Positions 12,177 through 22,911 of a DNA stretch of 64,000 nucleotides are shown here, piece by piece; within the stretch, counting starts at the first letter, position 1; every line of letters begins with the position of its first letter. Below the pieces are notes generated by a model. It was not told the DNA's origin. It made no database searches and saw nothing but the letters and a program-made list of their open reading frames with translations. A program made the position numbers and the translations under genes. The DNA is from Macrostomum lignano (lineage: Eukaryota), in NCBI GenBank assembly GCA_002269645.1, contig NIVC01000172.1:86558-150557 (forward strand), written 5' to 3'.

Positions 12177-12392
12177 ACTCCGCTGACGCAGACAAGTGGC
12201 GCGATCTCGAACTGGTGACACCACCAGAGAGCAGGAATCGTCACAGACTGCTGGCTCTTGGCAGTCGTCGACTCGCTCGCCTCGGCGCCAGTGCACCAGG
12301 AAAAGTTCGACTCAGAATGCTGGCCTGCAGCTGGCTAGCCTGCAGTCTGCCTAGCAACTATCTAACGCTGGATCTAGCAATGCTGTCTAACG
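12177..12392 (+). CDS. Ig/FN3 receptor, exon encoding the second half of FN3-2
   Basis: DKWRDLE...KVRLRMLACSW...PSN; acceptor CCCTCAG phase 1, donor G|GTAAGA phase 1. Confidence 0.75.
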
Positions 12393-12494
12393 GTAAGAGA
12401 TCACTAAAATAATTCAATCATGCTACTGGTCTACTATTCGCAAGTAGTTTGGTAACCAATATTTATTGCTAAATTAAATAAACAAAACTCTCAG

Positions 12495-13141
12495 CAGGCA
12501 CAATTCTGGCAGCAAGCTCCAGTTCCGACGGTTCATCGGCGTCCGCCGCTGCCGCAGCCACCACCGTCATCTGGCTGTCCCTGGGAGTCGCCGCCGCGGT
12601 TGCCGCCAGCTGCGGAGTGGCTGCTTTCGTTGTCGGTGCAGTCGCAGCAGCCTGGCGCCGACGCAGGAGACGCCGTCGTCTCGGCTGCAGCAGAAGTGGC
12701 TCGAGCGGCGCCGGCGGCGAGGTGGTCAGCGTCCACCAGGAGGATCTGGACAGCGTGGAGGATCCAGACGAGGCCATAATTGGTCGCGGCCCGACGCGAC
12801 GCCAGCAGCAGCAGCAGCAGAAGCAGCAACACCAGCAGCGGCGGAAGCTGCAGCGCTTGCATCGAAGGCTGCAGAGGCGACTGCAGCTGGCCAGGGCCGG
12901 GAGACCCGGCGAGGCTTCGACCGCTGCAACTGCGGATGAGGAAGTCGACGGTGTGGCGGTCAGTCTGAAAGAATTTCCACGCTATTCAAAGCCAGCGCAG
13001 GTGACCAGTAACTTTGTTAACCGTGACAATCAATTGCAGGACCGGGTACCCGATGAGGCCTCAATCTGCCTGACCAGTTTTGACATACGTGAGTCTGGAA
13101 GCACTCCTACACAGGCATACGAGTACACAGAAGGACGCTAA
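12495..13141 (+). CDS. Ig/FN3 receptor, transmembrane and cytoplasmic region (3' end uncertain)
   Basis: Hydrophobic stretch VIWLSLGVAAAVAASCGVAAFVVGAVAAAW followed by an R8 stop-transfer run and a Gln-rich tail; possible 39-nt intron 13001-13039 and a GTGAGT donor at 13089. Confidence 0.78.
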
Positions 13142-13160
13142 ATCTACTTTCAGCTTTCTA

Positions 13161-13559
13161 CTAGCAATCTAGTGCCCCCCCTTCGGGGCGCCCAATAAGC
13201 AAGGAGCAAAAATTATTCATGCAAATCCATTTAAAAAGCACATTTTCTTAAGAACCGATTCTTTCTTCATCATTAATCGAATCGAATCACCTTATTCGAT
13301 TAAAATTGTCATGGACAAAGATGCTTGCTATGAATCTCTTGCTTCGAAAAGTAACAAACGGACACAACAAAGTAAAGCCCTCACAAAGATAAGAGGCATT
13401 CCCCATAAATCAAAAGCATCCCCCCAGACTGCAAACATCCTCCCAAATAGCAAGCACCCCCAGATAGCAAGCATCCCCAGATAGCAAGCATCCCCAGATA
13501 GCAAGCATCCCCCAGATAGCAAGCATCCCCCAGATAGCAAGCATCCCCCAGATATACCT
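13161..13559 (-). mobile_element. Helitron 3' fragment containing a 16-17-bp minisatellite
   Basis: Minus strand reads GGGCGCCCCGAAGGGGGGC hairpin, then ACTAGATTG-CTAG|T; homologous to 39850-40489; CAGATAGCAAGCATCCCC repeats at about 13440-13550. Confidence 0.75.
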
Positions 13560-13606
13560 GTATACAGAAGGACGCTAAATCTGCTTTTCAGCTTTCTTTT
13601 AGAAGC

Positions 13607-13650
13607 AAGGACCACTAGCGGTATAGCAGTATATGCTGCTAGTGGTCCTT
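13607..13650. repeat. Short near-perfect hairpin
   Basis: CAAGGACCACTAGCGG...CTGCTAGTGGTCCTTG. Confidence 0.8.
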
Positions 13651-14457
13651 GAGTAGGAGCGTAATAAATTCACAATATTTCACCTTCTGGACTTTAAAAC
13701 TCAAAATTGAGGCAAGTATGTTTTTTATGGCACGATTTTCGAGTTCAGCACCCTTCCGCTTCCTTCAGCTTTTCATGTCAAGCGCTTGAAATTTAGTAAT
13801 TAAAACTGTCAAGAATGGGGAGCCGTTAATCCTACTCTATAAAGGTATGCGAGTCAAATTAATCGCCTTCCAAATCGTTTCAGGTCACAGTCTCGAGAAA
13901 AACGACTCTTGATCCACGCCGTGCATCAGCAGTTGCGATTCAAAGTTATTATTTTAGACATTTCTATGTTTGTCTTTTTCTACAATTGTATAATTTAGAT
14001 GGCATATACTACTAGTATGCAAGTAGTGTAACTTTAGTAGTTTTTTCAGAATTCCAAGAAACTGTGACTCCTAAATCGCGCTTAGTGACTATTTCGAGAG
14101 TAGTCACAGCTAATATAGATAACTATTTTCAGTCGTATCCTACAGAGACATTGTTAACAGTTTTAAAAGCACTCAATAGAACTCGTTGAGACACATCGTC
14201 GCAGACGTCCGTCACAAAGATCAAGTTTTTTTCTTAATTTAAACTCTTGGCAACAAAGCAAAGATTTAAAACTAACATTAAATTCTGCGATTTTTCAACA
14301 AATCTACCAAACGTTTTGGTAACCTCATGGCATGGCATCAAAATTGAAATCTAAATATGATAAATCTCTAATATTTGTTTGTATGCTTGAATGTCCATAA
14401 CGCTCTAGAAAGAGCAATTCTTCACCTTCATATACTAAAAATGGTATAAGCCTATGA

Positions 14458-16080
14458 TTGCGGCCCTTACCCCTGTCTCATGGTTTGCGGCCCCTACCCC
14501 TGTCTCATGGTTTGCGGCCCTTACCCCTGTCTCATGGTTTGCGGCCCCTACCCCTGTCTCATGGTTTGCGGCCCCTACCCCTGTCTCATGGTTTGCGGCC
14601 CTTACCCCTGTCTCATGGTTTGCGGCCCCTACCCCTGTCTCATGGTTTGCGGCCCTTACCCCTGTCTCATGGTTTGCGGCCCCTACCCCTGTCTCATGGT
14701 TTGCGGCCCCTACCCCTGTCTCATGGTTTGCGGCCCCTACCCCTGTCTCATGGTTTGCGGCCCCTACCCCTGTCTCATGGTTTGCGGCCCCTACCCCTGT
14801 CTCATGGTTTGCGGCCCCTACCCCTGTCTCATGGTTTGCGGCCCTTACCCCTGTCTCATGGTTTGCGGCCCCTACCCCTGTCTCGTGGTTGGCGGCCCCT
14901 ACCCCTGTCTCATGGTTTGCGGCCCTTACCCCTGTCTCATGGTTTGCGGCCCCTACCCCTGTCTCATGGTTGCCCCTACCCCTGTCTCATGGTTGCCCCT
15001 ACCCCTGTCTCATGGTTGCCCCTACCCCTGTCTCATGGTTTGCGGCCCCTACCCCTGTCTCATGGTTGCCCCTACCCCTGTCTCATGGTTGCCCCTACCC
15101 CTGTCTCATGGTTTGCGGCCCCTACCCCGTCTCATGGTTTGCGGCCCCTACCCCGTCTCATGGTTGGCGGCCCCTACCCCTGTCTCATGGTTTGCGGCCC
15201 CTACCCCTGTCTCATGGTTGGCGGCCCCTACCCCTGTCTCATGGTTGGCGGCCCCTACCCCTGTCTCATGGTTTGCGGCCCCTACCCCTGTCTCATGGTT
15301 TGCGGCCCCTACCCCGTCTCATGGTTTGCGGCCCCTACCCCCCCCCTGTCTCATGGTTGGCGGCCCCTACCCCGTCTCATGGTTTGCGGCCCCTACCCCC
15401 CCTGTCTCATGGTTTGCGGCCCCTACCCCTGTCTCATGGTTTGCGGCCCCTACCCCTGTCTCATGGTTTGCGGCCCCTACCCCTGTCTCATGGTTTGCGG
15501 CCCCTACCCCTGTCTCATGGTTGGCGGCCCCGACCCCTGTCTCATGGTTGGCGGCCCCTACCCCTGTCTCATGGTTTGCGGCCCCTACCCCTGTCTCATG
15601 GTTTGCGGCCCCTACCCCTGTCTCATGGTTTGCGGCCCCTACCCCTGTCTCATGGTTTGCGGCCCCTACCCCTGTCTCATGGTTTGCGGCCCCTACCCCT
15701 GTCTCATGGTTGGCGGCCCCGACCCCTGTCTCATGGTTGGCGGCCCCTACCCCTGTCTCATGGTTTGCGGCCCCTACCCCTGTCTCATGGTTTGCGGCCC
15801 CTACCCCTGTCTCATGGTTTGCGGCCCCTACCCCTGTCTCATGGTTGGCGGCCCCTACCCCTGTCTCATGGTTGGCGGCCCCTACCCCTGTCTCATGGTT
15901 TGCGGCCCCTACCCCTGTCTCATGGTTTGCGGCCCCTACCCCTGTCTCATGGTTTGCGGCCCCTACCCTTGTCTCATGGTTTGCGGCCCCTACCCCTGTC
16001 TCATGGTTGGCGGCCCCTACCCCTGTCTCATGGTTGGCGGCCCCTACCCCTGTCTCATGGTTGGCGGCCCCTACCCCTGT
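14458..16080. repeat. 27-bp minisatellite (about 60 copies)
   Basis: TGCGGCCCCTACCCCTGTCTCATGGTT; the three long + ORFs are 9-aa repeat artefacts. Confidence 0.97.
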
Positions 16081-16087
16081 TTTGTAG

Positions 16088-16125
16088 GCCGGTGGACGCC
16101 ACGCTCAAGAGGAAGCGAAAGTTGA
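16088..16125 (+). CDS. Candidate terminal exon of the Ig/FN3 receptor
   Basis: TTTTGTAG acceptor directly after the 27-bp array; phase 1 fits the 13089 donor and gives RRWTPRSRGSES*. No homology support. Confidence 0.25.
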
Positions 16126-17004
16126 GGTCCTGTCATCCGTTGAGCCTGGTTACCTCTTTCACATTTTTGGAGGAGTGTTACTTTTTACTGCGATGGGGGG
16201 CCCTTCTGCTTGCGCCACTATCTCTTTCCTGTTAAACGAGGATGGGAAGACGTGGGCAACCCGCGGATCAGCCGCAATATGTAAGGAGCTTATCTACCAG
16301 GGGCATATGGTAGACCAGGACCAGGTTGGGACCAGGACTCAAGGCCTGGTGAGAGTGCCTTATTGGATGCTACAAACCCAAGCCTATGGACTAAGACACC
16401 ACCAACCCATAGTGGAATCAGGAACGGTGCAAGGACCAAATCCACCCAAGCCACCCACCAACGACAAAACCCGAGTGTGCGCGCGAAAAAAATGGAAAAT
16501 CTCTTTTGGAAATCTCTTTCGTGGCCCCTTGTAATTAAGTAAAAAGTATTTAACAAAGTATTTTTACTACGCAAAAGTTCAACAGAACAGCGTGAAGCAG
16601 AATAGACAGAGAAGCGAACCGGTTCCGCGGGCAACAACTACCAGCCCCGGATCAATAGCCATACCGGAGCGCCGATGAAAAATCTCCCCTATAGCTAGCT
16701 ACCCAGCCCAAACCTTCACGTGACCTTAAACCGCAGCTGGGCATAGCGCCATGGCTCTAGTGAATGCTACCTTTGGGCTGCCCTCTTTCCAAAGGGAAGA
16801 ATTTGCAAAAACAAAAAAATTTGGGTGGGAAAAAACACGTTGAAGGAATGGGGGCGCATGCAGGAGATGAAGCAGGCTGTATTTGTTGGAAAGCGAAAAT
16901 TACTCTGGCTTAAGTGCAAAAACTATTTTTGGGCTTATTGCTTGGCTTAAAGATGTTGCACCAAGTTGGTGCCAAAGGGATTTGCTGATTCGAAAATTTG
17001 CAGA

Positions 17005-18115
17005 AGGCGACAGGGTTAGAGTGTCAGAAGACGGAAGGGTTAGTGTCAGAAGACGACAGGGTTAGTGTCAGAAAACGACAGGGTTAGTGTCAGAAGACGG
17101 CAGGGTTTGAGTGTCAGAAGACGGCAGGGTTTGAGTGTCAGAAGACGCCAGGGTTAGTGTCAGAAGACGGCAGGGTTAGTGTCAGAAGACGACAGGGTTA
17201 GTGTCAGAAGACGGCAGGGTTAGAGTGTCAGAAGACGACAGAGTTAGAGTGTCAGAAGACGACAGGGTTAGTGTCAGAAGACGGAAGGGTTAGTGTCAGA
17301 AGACGACAGGGTTAGAGTGTCAGAAGACGACAGGGTTAGTGTCAGAAGACGACAGGGTTAGTGTCAGAAGACGGCAGGGTTAAAGTTAGAAGACGGCAGG
17401 GTTAGAGTGTCAGAAGACAACAGGGTTAGAGTGTCAGAAGACGACAGAGTTAGAGTGTCAGAAGACGACAGAGTTAGTGTCAGAAGACGACAGGGTTAGT
17501 GTCAGAAGACGGCACGGCATGCAGGGTTTGAGTGTCAGAAGACGACAGAGTTAGTGTCAGAAGACGACAGGGTTAGTGTCAGAAGACGGCACGGCATGCA
17601 GGGTTTGAGTGTCAGAAGACGGCAGGGTTTGAGTGCCAGAAGACAGCAGGGTTTGAGTGTCAGAAGACGACAGGGTTAGTGTCAGAAGACGGCAGGGTTT
17701 GAGTGTCAGAAGACAGCAGGGTTTGAGTGTCAGAAGACGGCAGGGTTAGTGTCAGAAGACGGCACGGCATGCAGGGTTTGAGTGTCAGAAGACGGCAGGG
17801 TTAGTGTCAGAAGACGACAGAGTTAGAGTGTCAGAAGACGACAGAGTTAGTGTCAGAAGACGACAGAGTTAGAGTGTCAGAAGACGACAGAGTTAGTGTC
17901 AGAAGACGACAGGGTTAGTGTCAGAAGACGGCACGGCATGCAGGGTTTGAGTGTCAGAAGACGGCAGGGTTTGAGTGCCAGAAGACAGCAGGGTTTGAGT
18001 GTCAGAAGACGACAGGGTTAGTGTCAGAAGACGGCAGGGTTTGAGTGTCAGAAGACAGTAGGGTTTGAGTGTCAGAAGACGGCAGGGTTTGAGTGTCAGA
18101 AGACGGCAGGGTTTG
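17005..18115. repeat. 22-24-bp minisatellite
   Basis: GTGTCAGAAGACGACAGGGTTA(GA) variants. Confidence 0.95.
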
Positions 18116-18299
18116 ATTGCAAGATGCTGCAAAGTTTGGTTTTGGAAGGTAAAGAAGTTAGTGACAGAAATACTTCCGTTGGTATTGTATTCGCAGCGGT
18201 GCATGGTTACAAGCAATGGACGATTAAAATTATCTCTTTAACTAGCGGTCAAAAACATTCCAGTGTCAATTAAAGTTTTCAGCGGTGTAAAAGTTGATG

Positions 18300-18900
18300 C
18301 CGAACCATCAAAAAGGTCCACCCATACATACCTTAATCAACACAGGTGGCCACAGTGAATTGTTTCTACTCTCGAGCCATTATTCATCTTCAGCAGCTTT
18401 TGGTCCCACTCCTTCTCCCCTCCCAGCCTCCGACCCCAGAAATTCCTCCACAATGATCAGTTGCCTACTGCCCCTGCGTCACGGGATTCGTAATCGATTT
18501 TTCTACCCTGTAGAATGGGAAAAAGAGGCAGAAGTGAAGGGGGTTCGAAGCACACTGCAGGCACACACGGAGGATTTCAAACGCTTAACCGACGATAATC
18601 TTCCAAAAATAGGGGCAGGGAGTGGCAGGGGAGGCAAATACCTGGACAGAAATCGGCGACACAAGCAGATTAGGATTCTGCAGCTGCTTCGCTTCCAGTG
18701 TGGAACATTGCCGCGGATGCTGAACAGATGATGACTTGGTCAGCACAACCCCTGCAGAACCCCTCATCCAGACCTTGGCTTTGGAGGACGGACACGTTGG
18801 ACCTCCTTCGCTCTATAGCGGATTTTGCATGGAACCAATCGTAAACCAAATTCACCCATAGGCTAGCCTTGCCCCTCTATCCCTTTTCTGGCACCTACTT
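18300..18900 (+). mobile_element. Possible highly degenerate LINE ORF2 C-terminal remnant
   Basis: Fragments QIRILQLLRFQC, CRGC and TLDLLRSIADFAW in shifting frames loosely resemble LINE C-termini. Confidence 0.3.
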
Positions 18901-19052
18901 CCAGAGGCGGAGGCAGAGAGTCAGTTATATACGCCAGGTAAAAATAGAACTTGCCTACAGGTCTACGAGCTCGTTCTGATTCAGCCGAATAGCAGCTGCC
19001 TCTGTCCTCTAGAAATTAGACTCACGTTTTCTATCTACCACATACTTGAAAA

Positions 19053-19064
19053 ATGCCATTCAAG
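19053..19064 (+). CDS. Single-LIM protein (CRIP/Mlp60A-like), exon 1 (MPFK)
   Basis: ATGCCATTCAAG|GTAGGT, phase 0; the MPFK start resembles invertebrate muscle LIM proteins. Confidence 0.8.
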
Positions 19065-19144
19065 GTAGGTACATGCTGTTTCTAACAAAAAGTATTTTCA
19101 TGTCGCATGCAGTGAACCTTTTTTACAACAACAACAAACAACAG

Positions 19145-19269
19145 GCCCCGGAGACTGAGAAGTGCGTCCGATGCACCAAGAGCGTCTACGCCGCCGAACG
19201 CATGGAAGCTGGAGGCCGAATCTGGCACAAGATGTGCTTCCGTTGCAAGGAGTGCGACATGAAACTCAA
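19145..19269 (+). CDS. Single-LIM protein, exon 2
   Basis: [31 protein letters not shown]; acceptor AACAACAG, donor AA|GTGAGC (phase 2). Confidence 0.93.
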
Positions 19270-19374
19270 GTGAGCCGGGTACATAAGGGATGCAGTATCT
19301 TGTTTGCATGAAAGGATCTGGAGGGAGAAGAAAGGACATGAGTCACCTAAGACCAAACCCCTCTATCAATGTCG

Positions 19375-19810
19375 ATCGCCTCTCCCTCCAGGCCTCACCC
19401 TCTCCCTCCAGGCCTAACCCTCTCCCTCCAGGCCTCACCCTCTCCCTCCAGGCCTCACCCTCTCCCTCCAGGTCCACCCTCTTTCTCCAAGTCTCAACCT
19501 CTCCATCCAGGTCTCCCCTCTCCCTCCAGGTCTCACCCTCACCCTTCAAGTCTCGCCCTCTTCCTCCAGGTCCATCCTCTCTCTCCAGGTCTCTCACCCT
19601 CTCCCTTCAGGTCTCCCCTCTCCCTCCAGGTCTCGCCCTCTCCCTCCAGGTCTCCCCTCTCCCTCCAGGTCCACCCTCTCTCTCCAGGTCTCACCCTCTC
19701 CCTCTCCTTCCAGGTCTCCCCTCTCCCTCTCCTTCCAGGTCTCCCCTCTCCCTCCAGGTCTCACCCTCACCCTTCAAGTCTCGCCCTCTCCCTCCAGGTC
19801 TGACCCTCTG
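19375..19810. repeat. CT-rich, about 20-bp intronic repeat
   Basis: CTCTCCCTCCAGGTCTCACC variants. Confidence 0.9.
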
Positions 19811-19906
19811 CCTCCACTTCCGATCTCTTCCTCCATTTCAATATCCAATCCTGTTCCTCACAATAAGCATTTAAATCACCCCGAATCTGAAACTGGAACC
19901 CCGCAG

Positions 19907-20006
19907 CCTGAACAATTACGCCCAGAACGAGGGCACCCTCTATTGCAAGACCCACTACAACAAGATGGTCGTGGCGCTTAACAGCCAGACGCCCAACTGC
20001 GCCTGA
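19907..20006 (+). CDS. Single-LIM protein, exon 3
   Basis: Phase-2 acceptor CCCGCAG; LNNYAQNEGTLYCKTHYNKMVVALNSQTPNCA* completes the LIM C-x2-C-x17-H-x2-C-x2-C-x2-C-x17-C-x2-H pattern; 78 aa in total. Confidence 0.92.
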
Positions 20007-20820
20007 TCATCGATCGTTGACATCAATATGAGCGTATAATGCAAGATCTGTGTACATGTACGCAAAAAACTATTAACAGAATGCGTTCGATGCACTCTAA
20101 AGCTGCATACGAAGTACATGTATTACCTCCTAATCCTATGCACACCTAAATGCATCGATTTAGAATACGAGCATGCATCCGTTTTATTGTTCGCAGAGAA
20201 TTTCTTCAAATATCTACTTATAGCTACGCGTTTTTTTGCTCCCCCATATACAGCGGGAAAATAGACTAGCATGCGACTACCTGACTCGTTGATACGAGCA
20301 AAAAAGGGAATTGTATGTGCAAGTTGACATTGCATGTTCAAGAACTACAATTACTATCAGTGTATACCATTGAGTGCATCATTGCAAAGTTAAAATTCTA
20401 TTTAAATTCTATCTATCAATGCAATCATTTTCCTTAGGTATCCTCGTTTAGATTTTAGCAATTGCTTATTGCGACTTTTGGGCTAGCAAACCGGATAGGA
20501 CCCTTTGTTTAAACTAAACAAATCGTATCATTATTTATTCTGACCCCCGCAGAGTTTAAAGATTCAAATGGACAGTCAGTCAGCGACGATAAAAAGAGCA
20601 AGGAAGGAAAAGACGCTAGGCTGGCTATATATGGGGTAGAGGGTAAACTACGAGCTCGTAGAAAATCGATAAACCGCGCGGACTGCGACCGCCACCCCAC
20701 AATCCCCTGTAGGCCGTCGCGCGTTTAATAGAAATAGGGGTTCAATAACTGATGAAAAAATCGATAAACTTCATCCCACAAATTTAATAAGTACTGTACA
20801 TAATAGTAGTGTATAGTCTA

Positions 20821-21135
20821 GGGGCCGTATAGCCTAGCGGTCCAGCGCAGCGCTCTGATGTGCCAGCGGCCCAGGCTCGATTGTCACATTAATTTGGGGC
20901 TAAATTGGAATCTCGGCTTGGCTCTGCTCGTGCAATCAACGCCCTTGAGGGCCAACCCCCCAAGACACAGTGAAGTGTACACGTCTAACGATAGATAAAG
21001 TCTAGGGCCACTGTACACTCCTGTGTATGAGTGTGTGCCTGTGCGTATGACTGCGTACTTGTCCGTGCGCTATGTGCTCAGTTCTGTGATAATGTCGCTT
21101 AAGTGCGCCAGGGTGCACAGCCCCTGCCTCTAATA
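20821..21135 (+). mobile_element. tRNA-derived SINE, family 2
   Basis: GGGGCCGTATAGCCTAGCGG (A box)...GGCTCGATT (B-box-like), body, TAATAATTAAAA tail; a diverged relative probably lies at 30510-30720. Confidence 0.6.
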
Positions 21136-21450
21136 ATTAAAATAGTTTATAGTCTTGTTAAATTTAGTCTGCGGCAATAAAATAAACTAAAAAAAGGATT
21201 TAGAAAATCGATAGTTGATGTTCAATGTGTATGAGACTCGTTTCAAAATCTGCTCTTTTGCTCTTTTAAGTAAAAAGTTTGTTTACCTATTACTTTGTAG
21301 CTTATAGAATTTAGGGTATTTAGAAAGACAATGCTATATGATGTTTATGTATAGCATGCATGCACAGTTTGTCAAGTTTACCGCGATATTAATGTCGTTT
21401 TCAAAATATAATCTTTTGAATATAACAAAGCGTACAGTGTTATTTTCTAT

Positions 21451-21757
21451 AATAATAATAATTGATTACACCTGCCCTAATGGTCAGATGTGCAACCGAC
21501 AGCTCAGCCGCAGCTATTGCGCGGAGCATCTGAAGGCTGCGTACGGCTATTCATTCCAAGGACTGGGGGGTCGTCACACACACCCTCAATTACCCCAGCT
21601 AATGCTGGCACCCATTTTACAGCTGGGTGAACTGAAGCAATGCAGTGTTAAGTAAGTGTCTTGCTCAAGGACACAAATTTTCCGAGTTGGTCGAGAATCG
21701 AACCTCCGACCTTCCAGTCGTGAGTCCGACGCTCCAACCACTAGGCTACAACCCCGC
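21451..21757 (-). mobile_element. tRNA-derived SINE, family 1 (full length)
   Basis: A box TGTAGCCTAGTGG, B box GGTTCGATTCT, central GTGTCCTTGAGCAAGACACTT...CACCCAGCTGTAAAATGGG, (ATT)n tail; three copies in the window. Confidence 0.9.
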
Positions 21758-22059
21758 TATATTTTCTATGCTGTATTAATAAATGCTGCGCAGTGTTGTG
21801 CAATGTAGTAAAAGTAGTAGAAAAAAGATGGACATGTTTCTAAGAAGCCAGCATTCGTATAGTTTGGACATAATAAATTCAAAATGTAGTAAAGGACCGC
21901 TAGAAGTCATGGTTGTATCAAGACGTAACAGTCAGGTTCAATGGAAATTTAATATGAAGGCCAAAAGTCACTTCAGATGCATGACCGAGATGGTATGGAA
22001 GTCGGCGATTTAGCAATTAATGGACGATTTGTTACCATTCCAAATCTATCCGGCCTTTG

Positions 22060-22092
22060 TTGCCTCCCCAACGGGGGGACGAAGATTGCTAG
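22060..22092 (+). mobile_element. Isolated Helitron-type 3' terminus
   Basis: GCCTCCCCAACGGGGGGAC hairpin + GAAGATTG-CTAG|T, the same motif as at 40489 and 49546. Confidence 0.65.
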
Positions 22093-22386
22093 TCCTATGT
22101 ACTAAAAATGAACTGTTTCTGACTGCCTCCATGTGATTGATATCAGAAAATTTAAAGCCGAAAAACAAAAATTTCATACACCGTTAGTGTACTTTAAACG
22201 CAATTCAAATTAATCGTTCATTGATTTAACGCGAGTGTTACGTCCTATACTGATGCAACCGTAACTGTTATAGTGGTCCAATATATCCAACCTCAAGAGG
22301 GATACATGGTCTTGAAAACTTTGGTCACACTAAATGCAGGGGAATATTATTGAAAGTAAGAGAGTATGTCGACCGATCTTTATAGA

Positions 22387-22911
22387 TTGGCGGATCAATG
22401 GCGGTCATTAGGGTCAGCTGACCCCCCCCCGATAGCAAAATTACAGATCCAATAGTTAGTTTCCAATGCGTCTTTTTTGGTAGTAGGAACCTCCCTAAGA
22501 CGTATCTAATTCATTTATGGTCCCCTAAGAAGCTCGTTTCTACAAACATTGTGAAGAATTAATAATGGAAACATTATAATAAACAAAACAAAACTTTAAT
22601 AGAAACATTACTTATTCACCTTTTTGTAGAAATGAGCTTCTTAATTAGAGGATCATAATTGAATTGGATACGTCCCAGACTTTCCTACAACCAGAAATAC
22701 GTATAGGAGACGTCCGATTTCCATAGGATACGTAATTTTGCTATCCACCCCCAGAAAATTGGGGGTGTCAGTCATGACCTCATGGAATTGTTTTGTTTGC
22801 CCTGTCATAGTTATTGCTTAAAAGTATCTCAAGCTCGGAGCTTAAACTCACTGCGTATCCAGGGGGTCAAGGGGGTCGGCTGGTCCCCTGGAAAATCCTG
22901 GATCCGCCACT
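22387..22911. mobile_element. MITE/foldback element with long imperfect inverted repeats
   Basis: Ends TGGCGGATC / GATCCGCCA; internal arms GATAGCAAAATTAC and AAGAAGCTCGTTTCTACAAA pair with their reverse complements at about 22620-22745. Confidence 0.7.

Noticed and set aside
14454-16235. 535-593-aa ORFs
   Set aside because: All three frames are open only because the 27-bp unit has no stop codon.
21680-21757. Functional tRNA gene
   Set aside because: A and B boxes are present but the acceptor stem is incomplete and the sequence continues into a SINE body. The same holds for 20821 and the Helitron cassettes.
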